Under the pieces are notes generated by a model, which saw only the letters and a program-made list of their open reading frames with translations, did not search any database and was not told where the DNA came from. A DNA stretch of 64,000 nt, taken from positions 87,482,001-87,546,000 of the forward strand of contig NC_043003.1 in NCBI RefSeq assembly GCF_006345805.1, read 5' to 3'. Source of the DNA: Octopus sinensis (taxonomy: Eukaryota). Both the position numbers and the translations under genes were made by a program. Numbering within the stretch: position 1 is the first letter of the stretch; each line of letters begins with the position of its first letter. Below are positions 1-10,793 of the stretch, piece after piece.

Positions 1-17
1 AAATACATACCGGACAC

Positions 18-1022
18 ATGGGTATCGAAAAATGCATAGAGAGAGCGAAGGAATGTATATACTGGCCCGGCATTAACGCTCAAATCAAAGACATGATTAA
101 CACATGCTCATACTGCATTGACTACAAAAATCAACAAGCAGCCGAACCACTAATAAATCATGAAATACCTACTACACCATGGACCAAAGTGGGTACAGAC
201 GTATTTCACCTGTCTGGAAATTCGTATGTCACAATTATTGACTATACAACAAGATTTTTTGATCTACACGAAATAAATGATTGCCAGTCAAAAACCGTAA
301 TCAAAAAATTAAAAGAAACTTTTGCTAAATTCGGAATTCCGCAAACAGTTGTAAGTGACAACGGTCCAGAATTCAATTCGGCTGAATTCAAAAAATTTGC
401 AAAAAATTGGCATTTTCATCACACGAAGACAAGCCCGCATTATCATCAAGCGAATGGCATGGTTGAGAGAAATATACAGACAATAAAAAAGACGCTAAAA
501 AAGGCATTCAAAAGTGACGAAGAACCTCAGTTAGCGCTCTTAGCATTACGCACGACTAAATTACAAAATGGTGCACCATCCCCTGCAAATCAAATAATGA
601 ATAGAACATTGCGAACAAATCTCCCAAACATACTACACGACAAAATTGGTATCAGGCCTCACGAAAAGAAGAAATCAAACATTACAACAGAACTCCCAGA
701 GTTAAAACCACACGACACGGTTAGAATTAAGTTTAACAACAATTGGTTTAGAAGGGGCAAAATAATTAAAAAACTAGAGCAACCTCGTTCATACTTAGTA
801 ATAACAGAGGAAGGAAATACAGTCAAACGAAATAGACAACATATTCTTAAAACAAACGAACACGTTCGCATAACAGAAGAATTAGATTATGAAAATATAT
901 TTCCAAAGTCAACAAACACGCATGAAAAAACAAAAACAGCACAACTACAGAATTCAACACTACAAAATAATAAAACCACAAAAAGTGGACGACGAATAAT
1001 TATTCCCTGTAGATACAGATGA
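18..1022 (+). CDS. Ty3/Gypsy retrotransposon integrase (3' end of pol; frame open from before the window start)
   Basis: The in-frame upstream codons give IHTGHMG...CSYC (HHCC zinc motif). The DDE residues are present in VGTDVF, VSDNGPEF and NGMVERN, with no stops over 334 codons. A PPT and LTR follow. Confidence 0.95.
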   Translation: MGIEKCIERAKECIYWPGINAQIKDMINTCSYCIDYKNQQAAEPLINHEIPTTPWTKVGTDVFHLSGNSYVTIIDYTTRFFDLHEINDCQSKTVIKKLKETFAKFGIPQTVVSDNGPEFNSAEFKKFAKNWHFHHTKTSPHYHQANGMVERNIQTIKKTLKKAFKSDEEPQLALLALRTTKLQNGAPSPANQIMNRTLRTNLPNILHDKIGIRPHEKKKSNITTELPELKPHDTVRIKFNNNWFRRGKIIKKLEQPRSYLVITEEGNTVKRNRQHILKTNEHVRITEELDYENIFPKSTNTHEKTKTAQLQNSTLQNNKTTKSGRRIIIPCRYR

Positions 1023-1038
1023 TATAAAAAAAATTTTT

Positions 1039-1289
1039 AAAAAAAAAAAAAGGAAGATGTTATATAATCATCACAACAAACATGAACAATCAACGTCGCC
1101 CATTGTCTCCCTTGATAAAAGGACTTTCACTTTGTTTCCCGCCAAAACAATTAACTTGTACAACAACGGCAGTCGAATAAAGTATCTTGTATCGTTAACA
1201 CGTTGTTTCAGTCTCTCTCATTTTCTTAATCTTTCATACTAAGTACTCACTACTTCCTTTAATACTCAATACATTATATATATATAACA
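1039..1289 (+). mobile_element. Gypsy polypurine tract (1039-1057) and 3' LTR (1058-1289, 232 bp)
   Basis: A(n)GGAAGA lies directly before TGTTATATA, and the LTR ends TATATAACA (perfect 9-bp terminal inverted repeat, TG...CA). There is an internal AATAAA near 1176. Confidence 0.85.
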
Positions 1290-1298
1290 ACAACAATA

Positions 1299-2876
1299 GA
1301 GAGGAGGAGCTGCAGTCCTGTGACATAGAAGGCAGCTGAGAATTCCTGGAAGACAGCTAGTTGAGTGCCACAGACTGAATCTGTGGCTGATGCAAAGTTC
1401 CTTCCAGACCTAGGGTAACATGGTGGTGGAACAATACTGTAGACAGGGCCATTAGAGCAAAGAAACAGGCTTGGAAGGCCTGGAAGAGTGAGGGCAGCAG
1501 GAGATTGTATCAGATAGCTAAAAGGGAAGCTAGGAGACAGGTATATATAGCCAAGGGGGTAGCAGAAAAGAAGAAGTTTGCCAATGTTCAATGACATGAG
1601 GACCAACGAACGGAAGTATTTCGGATTGCAAGAGAGTGTGAGAGAAAACCATGATGTCATAGGAGAGAAATGTGTCCGCATAGATGATGGTGCCCTTGCA
1701 TTTAATGATTCTGCAAAAAAAGAGGCTTGAGATGCCATTATGAAAGACTGCTGAATGTAGAGAATGAATGGGAGGAGGAGTGTCTACCAAAGGTTGACCC
1801 AGTTGAGGGACCAGCTTCCCGAATCAACAGTAACCTGGTAGATAGAGCAATTAAGGATATGAAGACAGGGAAGGCACCTGGCCCATCAGGAATCACTACT
1901 GAGATGCTTAAAATATCAGGCAGTGTGGGTTATGGTCTTGTCACCTGCATCGTAAATCAGGTAGTTTATGAAGGAGTCACACCCAATGACTGGTGTAGCA
2001 GCACTATAGTCAGCTGCTACAAAGGTAAGGGTGATGCTTTAGATAGAAGTAACTACTGGGGCATCAAATCAAGTGATGAAAATTACAGAGAGGGTCATAG
2101 CCCAACTAATTAGGGAGAGAGTTAGCCTAGATGAGATGCAGTTTGGTTTTGTGCCCGGCAGAAGCACCACTGATGCTATATTTCTGGTAAGGCAACTGCA
2201 GGAGAAATATCAAGTCAAAGATAAACCTCTGTACTTGGCTTTTGTTGATTTAGAGAAAGCCTTTGATAGGGTCCCACGATCCCTTATCTGGTAGTCAATG
2301 CAGAAACTGGGGATAGACAAGTGTTTGTTAAGAGCTGTACAGAGATGCTGTCAGTAGGGTGAGGGTTGGCAACAAGTATAGTGAAGAATTCCAAGTAGAA
2401 GTAGGGGATCAGTCCTCAGCCCCCTCTTATTCATCATAGCCCTCTAGACAATAAGAGAGGTATTCAGGACAGGCTACCACTGGGAGCTCCTCTATGTTGA
2501 TGACCTTGTTCTAACAGCCAAATCACTGCCAGAACTAGAGATGAAGTTTAGGGTGTGGAAGCAAGGTCTAGAATCGAAGGGCCTTAGGGTTAACCTAGCA
2601 AAAACCAAAGTCTTAGTAAATAGGAAGGCTGTCAAATCACAAACCCCTTCAGGTAGATGGCTCAATTTGTAGGAAAGGCATGGATAGAAACTCCATATGA
2701 AGTACCTGGTATAAGCTATGGACACATAAGAGGTGCAGCAATATCAAAGGAAGGTTAACCGGGAAGATAGTTTTTGTGTGTGGCAGATGCACAGGGGCAA
2801 TAAACACTGAAGATGCACAGAAAACAGATTGCATCACATGCCAGGGGGAGAAACTAGAAGTAGTTAATAGCTCCCC
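1299..2876 (+). mobile_element. Degenerate RTE-clade LINE fragment (linker + RT)
   Basis: Frameshifted ORFs read MKTGKAPGPSGIT, QFGFVPGRSTTDAIF and AFVDLEKAFDRVP, all homologous to the 8901-10793 ORF. Confidence 0.9.
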
Positions 2877-2927
2877 CTGATGTGTTAGGTGATAGGATAT
2901 GCTTGAGAAGACCTGTTGTGTCAAGTA

Positions 2928-3020
2928 AAACTTCATCTCTAGTTCTGGCAGTGATTTGGCTATTAGAGCAAGGTCATCAACATAGAGGAGTTCCCAGTGG
3001 TAGCCTGTCTTGAATACCTC
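2928..3020 (-). repeat. Local inverted copy of RTE segment 2457-2549
   Basis: The reverse complement matches 2457-2549 with about 4 mismatches in 93 nt. Confidence 0.85.
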
Positions 3021-3030
3021 GGTGACCAAT

Positions 3031-3357
3031 GCATCCTGACTAGCTCCCATGCTAATAGCACGTAAAAAGCACCATCTGAACGTGATCGATGCCAGGTCTG
3101 TCTGACCGGCTCTTGTGCCGGTGGCATGTAAAAAGCACTATCTGCACGTGATCAATGCCAGGCCCACCTGACTGGCTCCTGTGCCGGTGACACATAAAAA
3201 ACACCCACTACTCTCAGAGTGGTTAGCGTTAGGAAGGGCATCCAGCTGTAGAAACATTGCCAGATCAGATTGGAGCCTGTATGCAGCTGCTGGCTCTCCA
3301 GACCTCAATCAAACCATCCAGCATGGAAAACGGACGTTAAACGATGATGATGATGAT
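3031..3357 (+). mobile_element. RTE 3' tail (a few structured units + conserved terminus + (GAT)n)
   Basis: GCACGTAAAAAGCACC units, then GTGGTTAGCGTTAGGAAGGGCATCCAGCTGTAGAAAC...CGGACGTTAAACGATGATGAT. The same terminus ends the coding RTE copies at 13440 and 22510. Confidence 0.85.
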
Positions 3358-3842
3358 TTATATATATATGTATATGTGTGTACATATATATATGTATGCA
3401 AGACTACTCATGACCCGTTGGATTACCAATAGATTCTATTTACCCGAAAAACAATGTATCTTGGGAAACATTGGTCCGATTTGCGCAAAACTTGTTTTAT
3501 TCTGTTTGTATTCACATTTCAGTGGTACATTACTTTCAGAGTTTTTTTTCCCATTATGTGCTGGTTTGGCTATTTATAAAGGTACCTGAAAAAACCATGT
3601 ATCCTGGGAACCCGTGGTCCAATTTACCAGAAATTTGTCTTATCACATTTGCATTCCCATTTCAAGGGCACCTTACTTTCAGAGTATTTTCCCCATTATG
3701 CACTGGTTTGGCTGTATTAAATTATGGAAAAACACACACACACAAACAAAACTATCCAGGTGTCATGCAACTGGTACCAGTTCCGCTGGCACAAAAATGT
3801 ACCCATTACACTCTTGGAGTGGTTGGCATTAGGAAGGGCATC

Positions 3843-3942
3843 NNNNNNNNNNNNNNNNNNNNNNNNNNNNNNNNNNNNNNNNNNNNNNNNNNNNNNNNNN
3901 NNNNNNNNNNNNNNNNNNNNNNNNNNNNNNNNNNNNNNNNNN
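3843..3942. other. Assembly gap (100 N)
   Basis: A run of 100 N interrupts an RTE tail. Confidence 0.99.
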
Positions 3943-4759
3943 CGACACAACAAGTCCAGATCAAATAATGTTCACGATACGTCACAGTCCAATCAGAACA
4001 CTTCGATACATTATACAATGTTCGTATCCACAACAATTCACGTTACATTCAACAAGCCCTTTACTGTTCTTTTCCACTGTTCATTTCTTTTCACTGTCTC
4101 TTTACATCGTGACACGTATCAATCACCAATCACATACCTTAATTCCTAACTGAATCGCCAGTGTCCCATTCTGCACTCATCTCTCTCTCAATACTGCTAA
4201 ATCCAGCTTGCCAAACTCCTGCGTCCCAACTTGCTTGCTCCTAAGATTCCACCGCTTGCTCCTAAGATTCCACCTACTCGCTCTGACTTCCAGAATCCCA
4301 CTGTCCTTCTTCGACAACCGACTCCAACTGCCCAAAACCTCACTTGCTCTCTCCCTCTGTCTCTACGGCCTATACCCTCTCTAATCTGCACTCAGCCCTA
4401 ACTGCCTATCTCTATCGCCTCAATCTGTCCCTTAGCCTTATACTCTATCTCTCTCACTACTTTTCTTCTCTCTGCCCCTCATCCTCTCTTACTGCCAATA
4501 CCCTCTCCGTCTGCTCTTAGATTCCTTACTCTATCTTTTTCCTACTACTGCTAGATTCTTCCTCACATATTCAAGGGGTGTCTAGAACGACCCCTAATTT
4601 ACCCGCACAGGGTCACAAGGTCCCATTAATCTCCCAGTAAACAAAGGACTGTCGCTTTTCTTCCAGACCTGCTGGCACCATCATTCCAAAGTGGGTCAGA
4701 AATACTGCACTAGTTAAACCGTAACAATATAGATAATATTAATAGAAATAATAATCATC

Positions 4760-6480
4760 ATCATCATCATCATTTAGCGTCCGTTTTCCATGCTAGCATG
4801 GGTTGGACGGTTCAACTGTGGTCGGGGGAGCCCGAAGGCTGCACCAGGCCAGTCAGATCTGGCAGTGTTTCTACAGCTGGATGCCCTTCCTAACGCCAAC
4901 CACTCCGAGAGTGTAGTGGGTGATTTTATGTGCCACCGACACAGGTGCCAGACGAGGCTGGCGAACGGCCACGCTCGGATGGTGTTTTTATGTGCCACCG
5001 ACACAGGTGCCAGACGAGGCTGGCAGACGGCCACGCTCGGATGGTGTTTTTATGTGCCACCGACACAGGTGCCAGATGAGGCTGGCGGACGGCCACGATC
5101 GGATGGTGTTTGTTACGTCCCCAAAGCACGGAGGCCAGTCTATGCGGTACTGGCTACAGCCACGTTCGGATGATTTTCTTGTGTGCCACCGGCACTGGTA
5201 CCACAAAGATACAAATTCCATTGATGTTCATCTATTTTGATTTGTTTTGATTTGATTTTCACTTGCCTCAACAGGTCTTCACAAGTGTCACAAGAAGGAA
5301 GGTATGCACAGGTGGACTGACTACGTCCCAGGTAGGGGCCATGGGTTATGGCCTGACTAGTCTTGCCGGGTCTTCGGATGGTGTTTTTATGTGCCACCGA
5401 CACAGGTGCCAGATGAGGCTGGCGAACGGCCACGATCGGATGGTGTTTGTTGCGTGTCCACAGCACGGAGGCCAGTCGATGCGGTACTGGCTACGGCCAC
5501 GTTCGGATGGTTTTCTTGTGTGCCACCGGCACTGGTACCACAAAGATACAAATTCCATTGATGTTCATCTATTTTGATTTGATTTGATTTGATTTTCACT
5601 TGCCTCAACCGGTCTTCACAGGTCTTCACAAGTGTCACAAGAAGGAAGGAAGGTATGCACAGGTGGACTGACTACGTCCCAAGTAGGGGCCACGGGTTAT
5701 GGCCTGACTAGTCTTGCCGGGTCTTCGGTTGGTGTTTTTATGTGCCACCGACACAGGTGCCAGATGAGGCTGGCAGACGGCCACGATCGGATGGTGTTTG
5801 TTATGTGCCCACATCACAGAGGCCAGTCGATGCGGTACTGGCTACGGCCACGTTCGGATGGTTTTCTTGTATGCCACCGGTACTGGTACCACAAAGATAC
5901 AAATTCGATTGATGTTCATCTATTTTGATTTGGTTTGATTTGATTTGATTTGATTTTCACTTGCCTCAACAGGTCTACATAAGTGTCACACACTTGCCTC
6001 AACAGGTCTTCACAAGTGTCATAAGTAGGCAGGTATGCACAGGTGGACTGACTACGTCGCCGGGTCTTCGGATGGTGTTTTTATGTGCCACCGACACAGG
6101 TGCCAGATGAGGCTGGCGAACGGCCACGATCGGATGGTTTTCTTGTGTGCCACCGGTACTGGAACCACAAAGATACAAATTCCATTGATGTACATCTATT
6201 TTGATTTGGTTTGATTTTCACTTGCCTCAACAGGTCTTCACAAGTGTCACACGTGTCACACACTTGCCTCAACAGGTCTTCACAAGTGTCACACGTGTCA
6301 CACACTTGCCTCAACAGGTCTCCACAAGTGTCACACACTTGCCTCTGCCTCAACAGGTCTTCACAAAGTGACACACACTTGCCTCTGCCTCAACAGGTCT
6401 TCGCAAGTGTCACACACTTGCCTCAACAGGTCTTCACAAGTGTCATAAGAGGGAAGGTATGCACAGGTGGACTGACTACG
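4760..6480 (-). repeat. Orphan RTE 3'-UTR tandem array (62-bp units, ~340-350 bp higher-order units, ~30-bp hairpin sub-repeats)
   Basis: The RTE terminus is in reverse at 4760-4920. The 62-bp period shows as GTGCCACCGACACAGG at 4930 and 4992, and CCACAAAGATACAAATT recurs near 5200, 5540, 5890 and 6165. CACACTTGCCTCAACAGGTCTTCACAAGTGT repeats at 6220-6445. Confidence 0.9.
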
Positions 6481-8160
6481 TCAATACAAATAGAAATAAT
6501 ATCGGGAATGAGGATAACAATTATATCTATAGCAGTAATAAGTATTCGGATACAAATACAAACAATAATAATAGCAATACCAATAATGTAGTTAATTGTG
6601 ATATGGTTATGGTAGATCTAAATGATAGTGTAAACGGATCGATAAATAGTAACCCAACTTCAGTTAACAATATTACTTATAATAACGAAAATAATACTCG
6701 TAATAACTTGAATAGCAGCAATGTGAGAGATATGTCCTTAAATAATTCTAAATCTGAAAATTATCCCCTTAGTTGCAATTGTAGGATTAAGTCAAAATGT
6801 CCAGCATCTGGCCGGTGTTCAGTCCATAATGTAATCTATAAATATACTGTAACAACTTCGAATAGTAATTTTTTTTACCTGGGTTGTACTATAAATTTTA
6901 AACAGAGAATTAATAACCATATCTCATCTTTTCGGCTAGATCATAAAGCTGGTTGCACAACACTTTCCAGTAAAATTTGGGAACTCAAAACTAATAATAT
7001 TAAATATAACCTAAAATGGGAAATAGTTAGAAAGGCAGTACCTTCTAGAAATAATAGGGTGGGTTGTCAACTCTGTTCCATGGAGACATGTGATTCTAAA
7101 GCATAGAAAAAATAAAAATCTACTGAATAACCGTATAGATTTGGGTCTGTCTTGCATTCACTCAAAAATCAAAACTCTAAAATATTTCAAATAGAAATTT
7201 GCAAGTTCTCCTACTGTTGTTCTTTCTAACTGCATCCTTTAAAATAAATAAATAATTAGTATTTGTACTATGCTAATTTTTAATTGACTTTATAGTCAAT
7301 TTAATTAACCTTACTTAAATCATATAAACTGCTAATCTTTCCTAATTCTATTCTAAATTTAACATGTAATACTATTCCCTTAGTGATACATTTGATTTTC
7401 ACCATGAATTTTGAATAAGTAAGATTCCCTTACTATTTGCTATTGAATTTATTTGACCTATAGATGTTGACCTAAATTCCTTCTTACCATATATAAACAC
7501 AAGTTAAAATAATAACAAGAATAAACAAATAACCTTCTATTCTAGTGTTAACCTTAATTTTCTTACTATATCTCCCTCTACCGATAACCTATAACCCCTT
7601 TAGTGCTTTCCTTTATTCTTCCTGTATTCTCAATCCCACCATTAATTCTATGAGTTTCTCAGTTCAAAGCTAGTGCTGGTCAAACTTACAGTTCTTTTAT
7701 GAATTTAAGATTCCTCCTACACTGACCTAGATTTTCTGTCACCATGGATATAGACTGACCTTTGTCGTTGGTATCTGTATTCCTTCTTACGTCCCCATTT
7801 CTTTTCTCCTGAGGTCCTTTGCTTTAGCTAAACCTACCCCGCTGTCTTTCTTGCTACTATAGAATTTTGTCAGCAACAGTTAGATGCGAACTTAACTGTG
7901 GTATGACCAGCATCTTTCCTCATGCCTCTTGGAACTTTGTATTGTTGGAAAACATATATGATCTGCTTGGAATCTTACTTCAGATTCATGGAACTCACTC
8001 CTATAGCTTCATAAGGATATTTACACTCTCAAAGAATATATGGAAAACCTATATGTGATTTAGCTGATGAATACTTGACATTATATTTGTTGTAATATTT
8101 GCAGCTTGAAATTAAATGTTTTTAGTATTAAACAATTGTACTAATCTACCGATCCATTCT
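6481..8160 (+). mobile_element. Penelope-like element fragment: Asn-rich linker + CxC-type GIY-YIG endonuclease + AT-rich tail
   Basis: The ORF reads SCNCRIKSKCPASGRC...VIYKY...YLGCTINFKQRINNHISSF...TTLSSKIWELK...WEIVRKA...CQLC. A degenerate CTGATGA...GAAA lies near 8065. Confidence 0.8.
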
Positions 8161-8199
8161 TGTTGCTTTTTTCTTGGTTATATATATATATAATTTATA

Positions 8200-8341
8200 T
8201 ATGTTTGTGTGTATGTGTATATGTTTGTGTGTCTGTGTTTGTTCCTCCACCATCGCCCAGTCTGGGAATTGAAACTGCAATCCTACAACTGTGAGTCAGC
8301 TGCTCTAACCACTGGGCCATTGTGCCTCCACACACGCACAT

Positions 8342-8376
<35 letters not shown>

Positions 8377-8474
8377 CCCACTGCATGACACCTTGGGCAT
8401 GTGTCTTCTACTATAGCCTTGGGCCAACCAAAGCCTTGTGAGAGGATTTGGTAGACAGAAACTGAAAGAAGCCC

Positions 8475-8480
<6 letters not shown>
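8200..8480. mobile_element. Mosaic of tRNA-derived SINE fragments in both orientations
   Basis: A minus-strand head (GTGGAGGCACAATGGCCCAGTGGTTAGAGCAGC...TTTCAATTCCC) abuts a plus-strand body (CCTTGGGCATGTGTCTTCTACTATAGCC...GAAACTGAAAGAAGCCC) shared with the 36490 SINE. Confidence 0.75.
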
Positions 8481-8507
<27 letters not shown>

Positions 8508-8900
8508 CCCTTCACATGGTCAGAGATTTAGGGACATCCTCATCAAGAAATTTGATGAGAGGGAGGAGGAGCTACAGACGTCGGACATAGAAGGTAGCTG
8601 GAAATTCCTACGGGACAGCTTGCTGAGTGCCACAGACCAAGTCTGTGGATGGGGCAAAGTTCCTTCCAGACCTAGAGTTACGTGGTGGTGGAATAGTGCA
8701 GTAGACAAAGCCATTAGTTCTAAGAAACAGGCCTGGAGAGCCTGGAGGATTGGGGTAGCAGGGAACCGTACCAAGTAGCCAAAAGGGAGGCCGGGCGGCA
8801 GGTATACATAGCCAAAGATATAGCAGAATAGAAGAAGTTTGCCAATGTCCAGCGACGTGAGGACCAAAGAATTGAGGTATTTCGTATTGCTAGACAATGT

Positions 8901-10793
8901 GTGAGAGAAAATAGTGATGTTACAGGAGAGAAATGTGTCCGCATGGATGATGGGGCACTTACCTTTAATGTTGGTGAAAAGAAAGAGGCTTGGAGAAGCC
9001 ATTATGAAAGACTGCTGAATGTGGAGAATGAATGGGAGGAGGAGAGCCTGCCAAATGTTGACCCAGTAGAGGGACCAGCTATCCGAATAGACGGCTCCCT
9101 AGTAGATAAAGCAATTACGGATATGAAACCGGGTAAAGCCCCCGGCCCATCAGGAATCACTGCTGAGATGCTTAAAACAGCTGGTTATGCGGGCTATGGC
9201 CTAGTCACCCGTATTGTTAACCAGGTAGTTCACAATGGAGTCATACCCAATGACTGGCGTAGCAGCACCATAGTCAACTGCTACAAGGGTAAGGGTGATG
9301 CTCTAGATAGAAATAACTACAGGGGTATTAAACTGTTGGATCAGGTGATGAAGACCACAGAGAGAGTCATAACCCATCTCATTAGGGAGAGAATTTGCAG
9401 TTCGGTTTTTGTGCCAGGTAGAAGCACCACTGATGCTATATTCCTGGTCCGACAACTGCAGGAGAAGTACCTAGCTAAAGATAAACCCCTCTACATAGCT
9501 TTTGTGGACTTGGAGAAAGCCTTTGACAGGGTTCCCCGATCCCTTATCTGGTGGTCGATGTGGAAACTGTTGATTGACGAATGGCTAAGGGCTGTACAGG
9601 CTCTATACAGAGAGGCTGTCAGCAAGGTTAGGATTGGCAACGAATATAGTGAAGAATTCCGGGTAGAAGTAGGTGTACACCAGGGCTCGGCCCTCAGTCC
9701 CTTTTTATTCATCATAGTCCTCCAGGCAATAACAGAGGAATTCAAAACAGGTTGCCCTTGGGAGCTCCTCTATGCTGATGACCTGGACCTCATAGCAGAA
9801 TCACTACCGGAACTAAAAAAGAAATTTCGGGTGTGGAAACAAGGGTTAGAATCTAAGGGCCTTAGAGTAAATGTAGCGAAGACCAAATTTATAGTATGCA
9901 GAAAGGCGAACTCAGCACACACCCCATCGGGCAGGTGGCCCTGCTCGAGCTGTAGGAAAGGTGTAGGTAGAAACTCCATAAGATGCACCCATTGTAAGCT
10001 ATGGACGCATAAGAGGTGCAGCAACATCAAAGGGAAATTAACTGATAAGATAGCTTTCATGTGCAGCAGATGCACAGGGACAATAGACACCACAGACACT
10101 CAAAAAACAGATTCCATCACACTCCAGGGGGAGAAACTAGAAGTAGTTGATAGTTTCTGCTACCTGGGTGACCAAGTTAGTAGTTGGGGTGGATGCACAG
10201 AGAGTGTCACTACTAGAATACGAATAGCCTGGGCAAAGTTTAGAAAGCTCCTACCCCTACTGGCGACAAAGGGTCTCTCACTCAGAGTGAAAGGTAGATT
10301 GTATGATGCATGTGTGCGAACTGCCATGCTTCACGACAGTGAAACATGGGCTGTGACTGCAGAGGACAGGCGTAGACTTGAAAGAAATGAAGCTAGCATG
10401 ATCCGCTGGATGTGTAATGTCAGTGTGAATGCACGACAAAGTGTAAGCACCCTGAGAGAAATGCTAGGCATAAGAAGCATCAGATGCGGTGTGCAAGAGC
10501 GACGCTTGCGATGGTATGGTCATGTACTGCGGATGGATGAGGAGAGATGTGTGAAGAAGTGCCACTCCCGAACAGTTGAAAGAATCAGGGGGAGAGGTAG
10601 ACCCAGGAAGACATGGGATGAGGTAGTCAGGCATGACCTCAGAGTGTTGGGCCTCACTGAGGCAATGGCGAAGGACCGAGATCTCTGGAGATGTGCTGTG
10701 ACTACTAAGACCCGAGATGCTTCCGGCACCAGTTCCGCATACCCCCTGCCCATCCAAAGTACCTTGGATCCCGGAACATCTCGCTGTGCTTGA
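8901..10793 (+). CDS. RTE ORF2 reverse transcriptase region (no APE domain), with PHD-finger insertion
   Basis: 630 codons without a stop. RT motifs are KGKGD...NYRGIKLL, FVPGRST, DLEKAFDRV, GVHQGSAL, LYADDL and FCYLG, plus the RTE C-terminus RGRGRPRKTW. A short in-frame deletion affects the SLDEMQFGF motif, and the stop is lost so the ORF reads into the tail. Confidence 0.92.
   Translation: MRENSDVTGEKCVRMDDGALTFNVGEKKEAWRSHYERLLNVENEWEEESLPNVDPVEGPAIRIDGSLVDKAITDMKPGKAPGPSGITAEMLKTAGYAGYGLVTRIVNQVVHNGVIPNDWRSSTIVNCYKGKGDALDRNNYRGIKLLDQVMKTTERVITHLIRERICSSVFVPGRSTTDAIFLVRQLQEKYLAKDKPLYIAFVDLEKAFDRVPRSLIWWSMWKLLIDEWLRAVQALYREAVSKVRIGNEYSEEFRVEVGVHQGSALSPFLFIIVLQAITEEFKTGCPWELLYADDLDLIAESLPELKKKFRVWKQGLESKGLRVNVAKTKFIVCRKANSAHTPSGRWPCSSCRKGVGRNSIRCTHCKLWTHKRCSNIKGKLTDKIAFMCSRCTGTIDTTDTQKTDSITLQGEKLEVVDSFCYLGDQVSSWGGCTESVTTRIRIAWAKFRKLLPLLATKGLSLRVKGRLYDACVRTAMLHDSETWAVTAEDRRRLERNEASMIRWMCNVSVNARQSVSTLREMLGIRSIRCGVQERRLRWYGHVLRMDEERCVKKCHSRTVERIRGRGRPRKTWDEVVRHDLRVLGLTEAMAKDRDLWRCAVTTKTRDASGTSSAYPLPIQSTLDPGTSRCA

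Noticed and set aside
3448-3720. Diverged ~143-bp tandem duplication next to the gap
   Set aside because: Ordinary old duplication, with no structure or coding signal supporting further interest.
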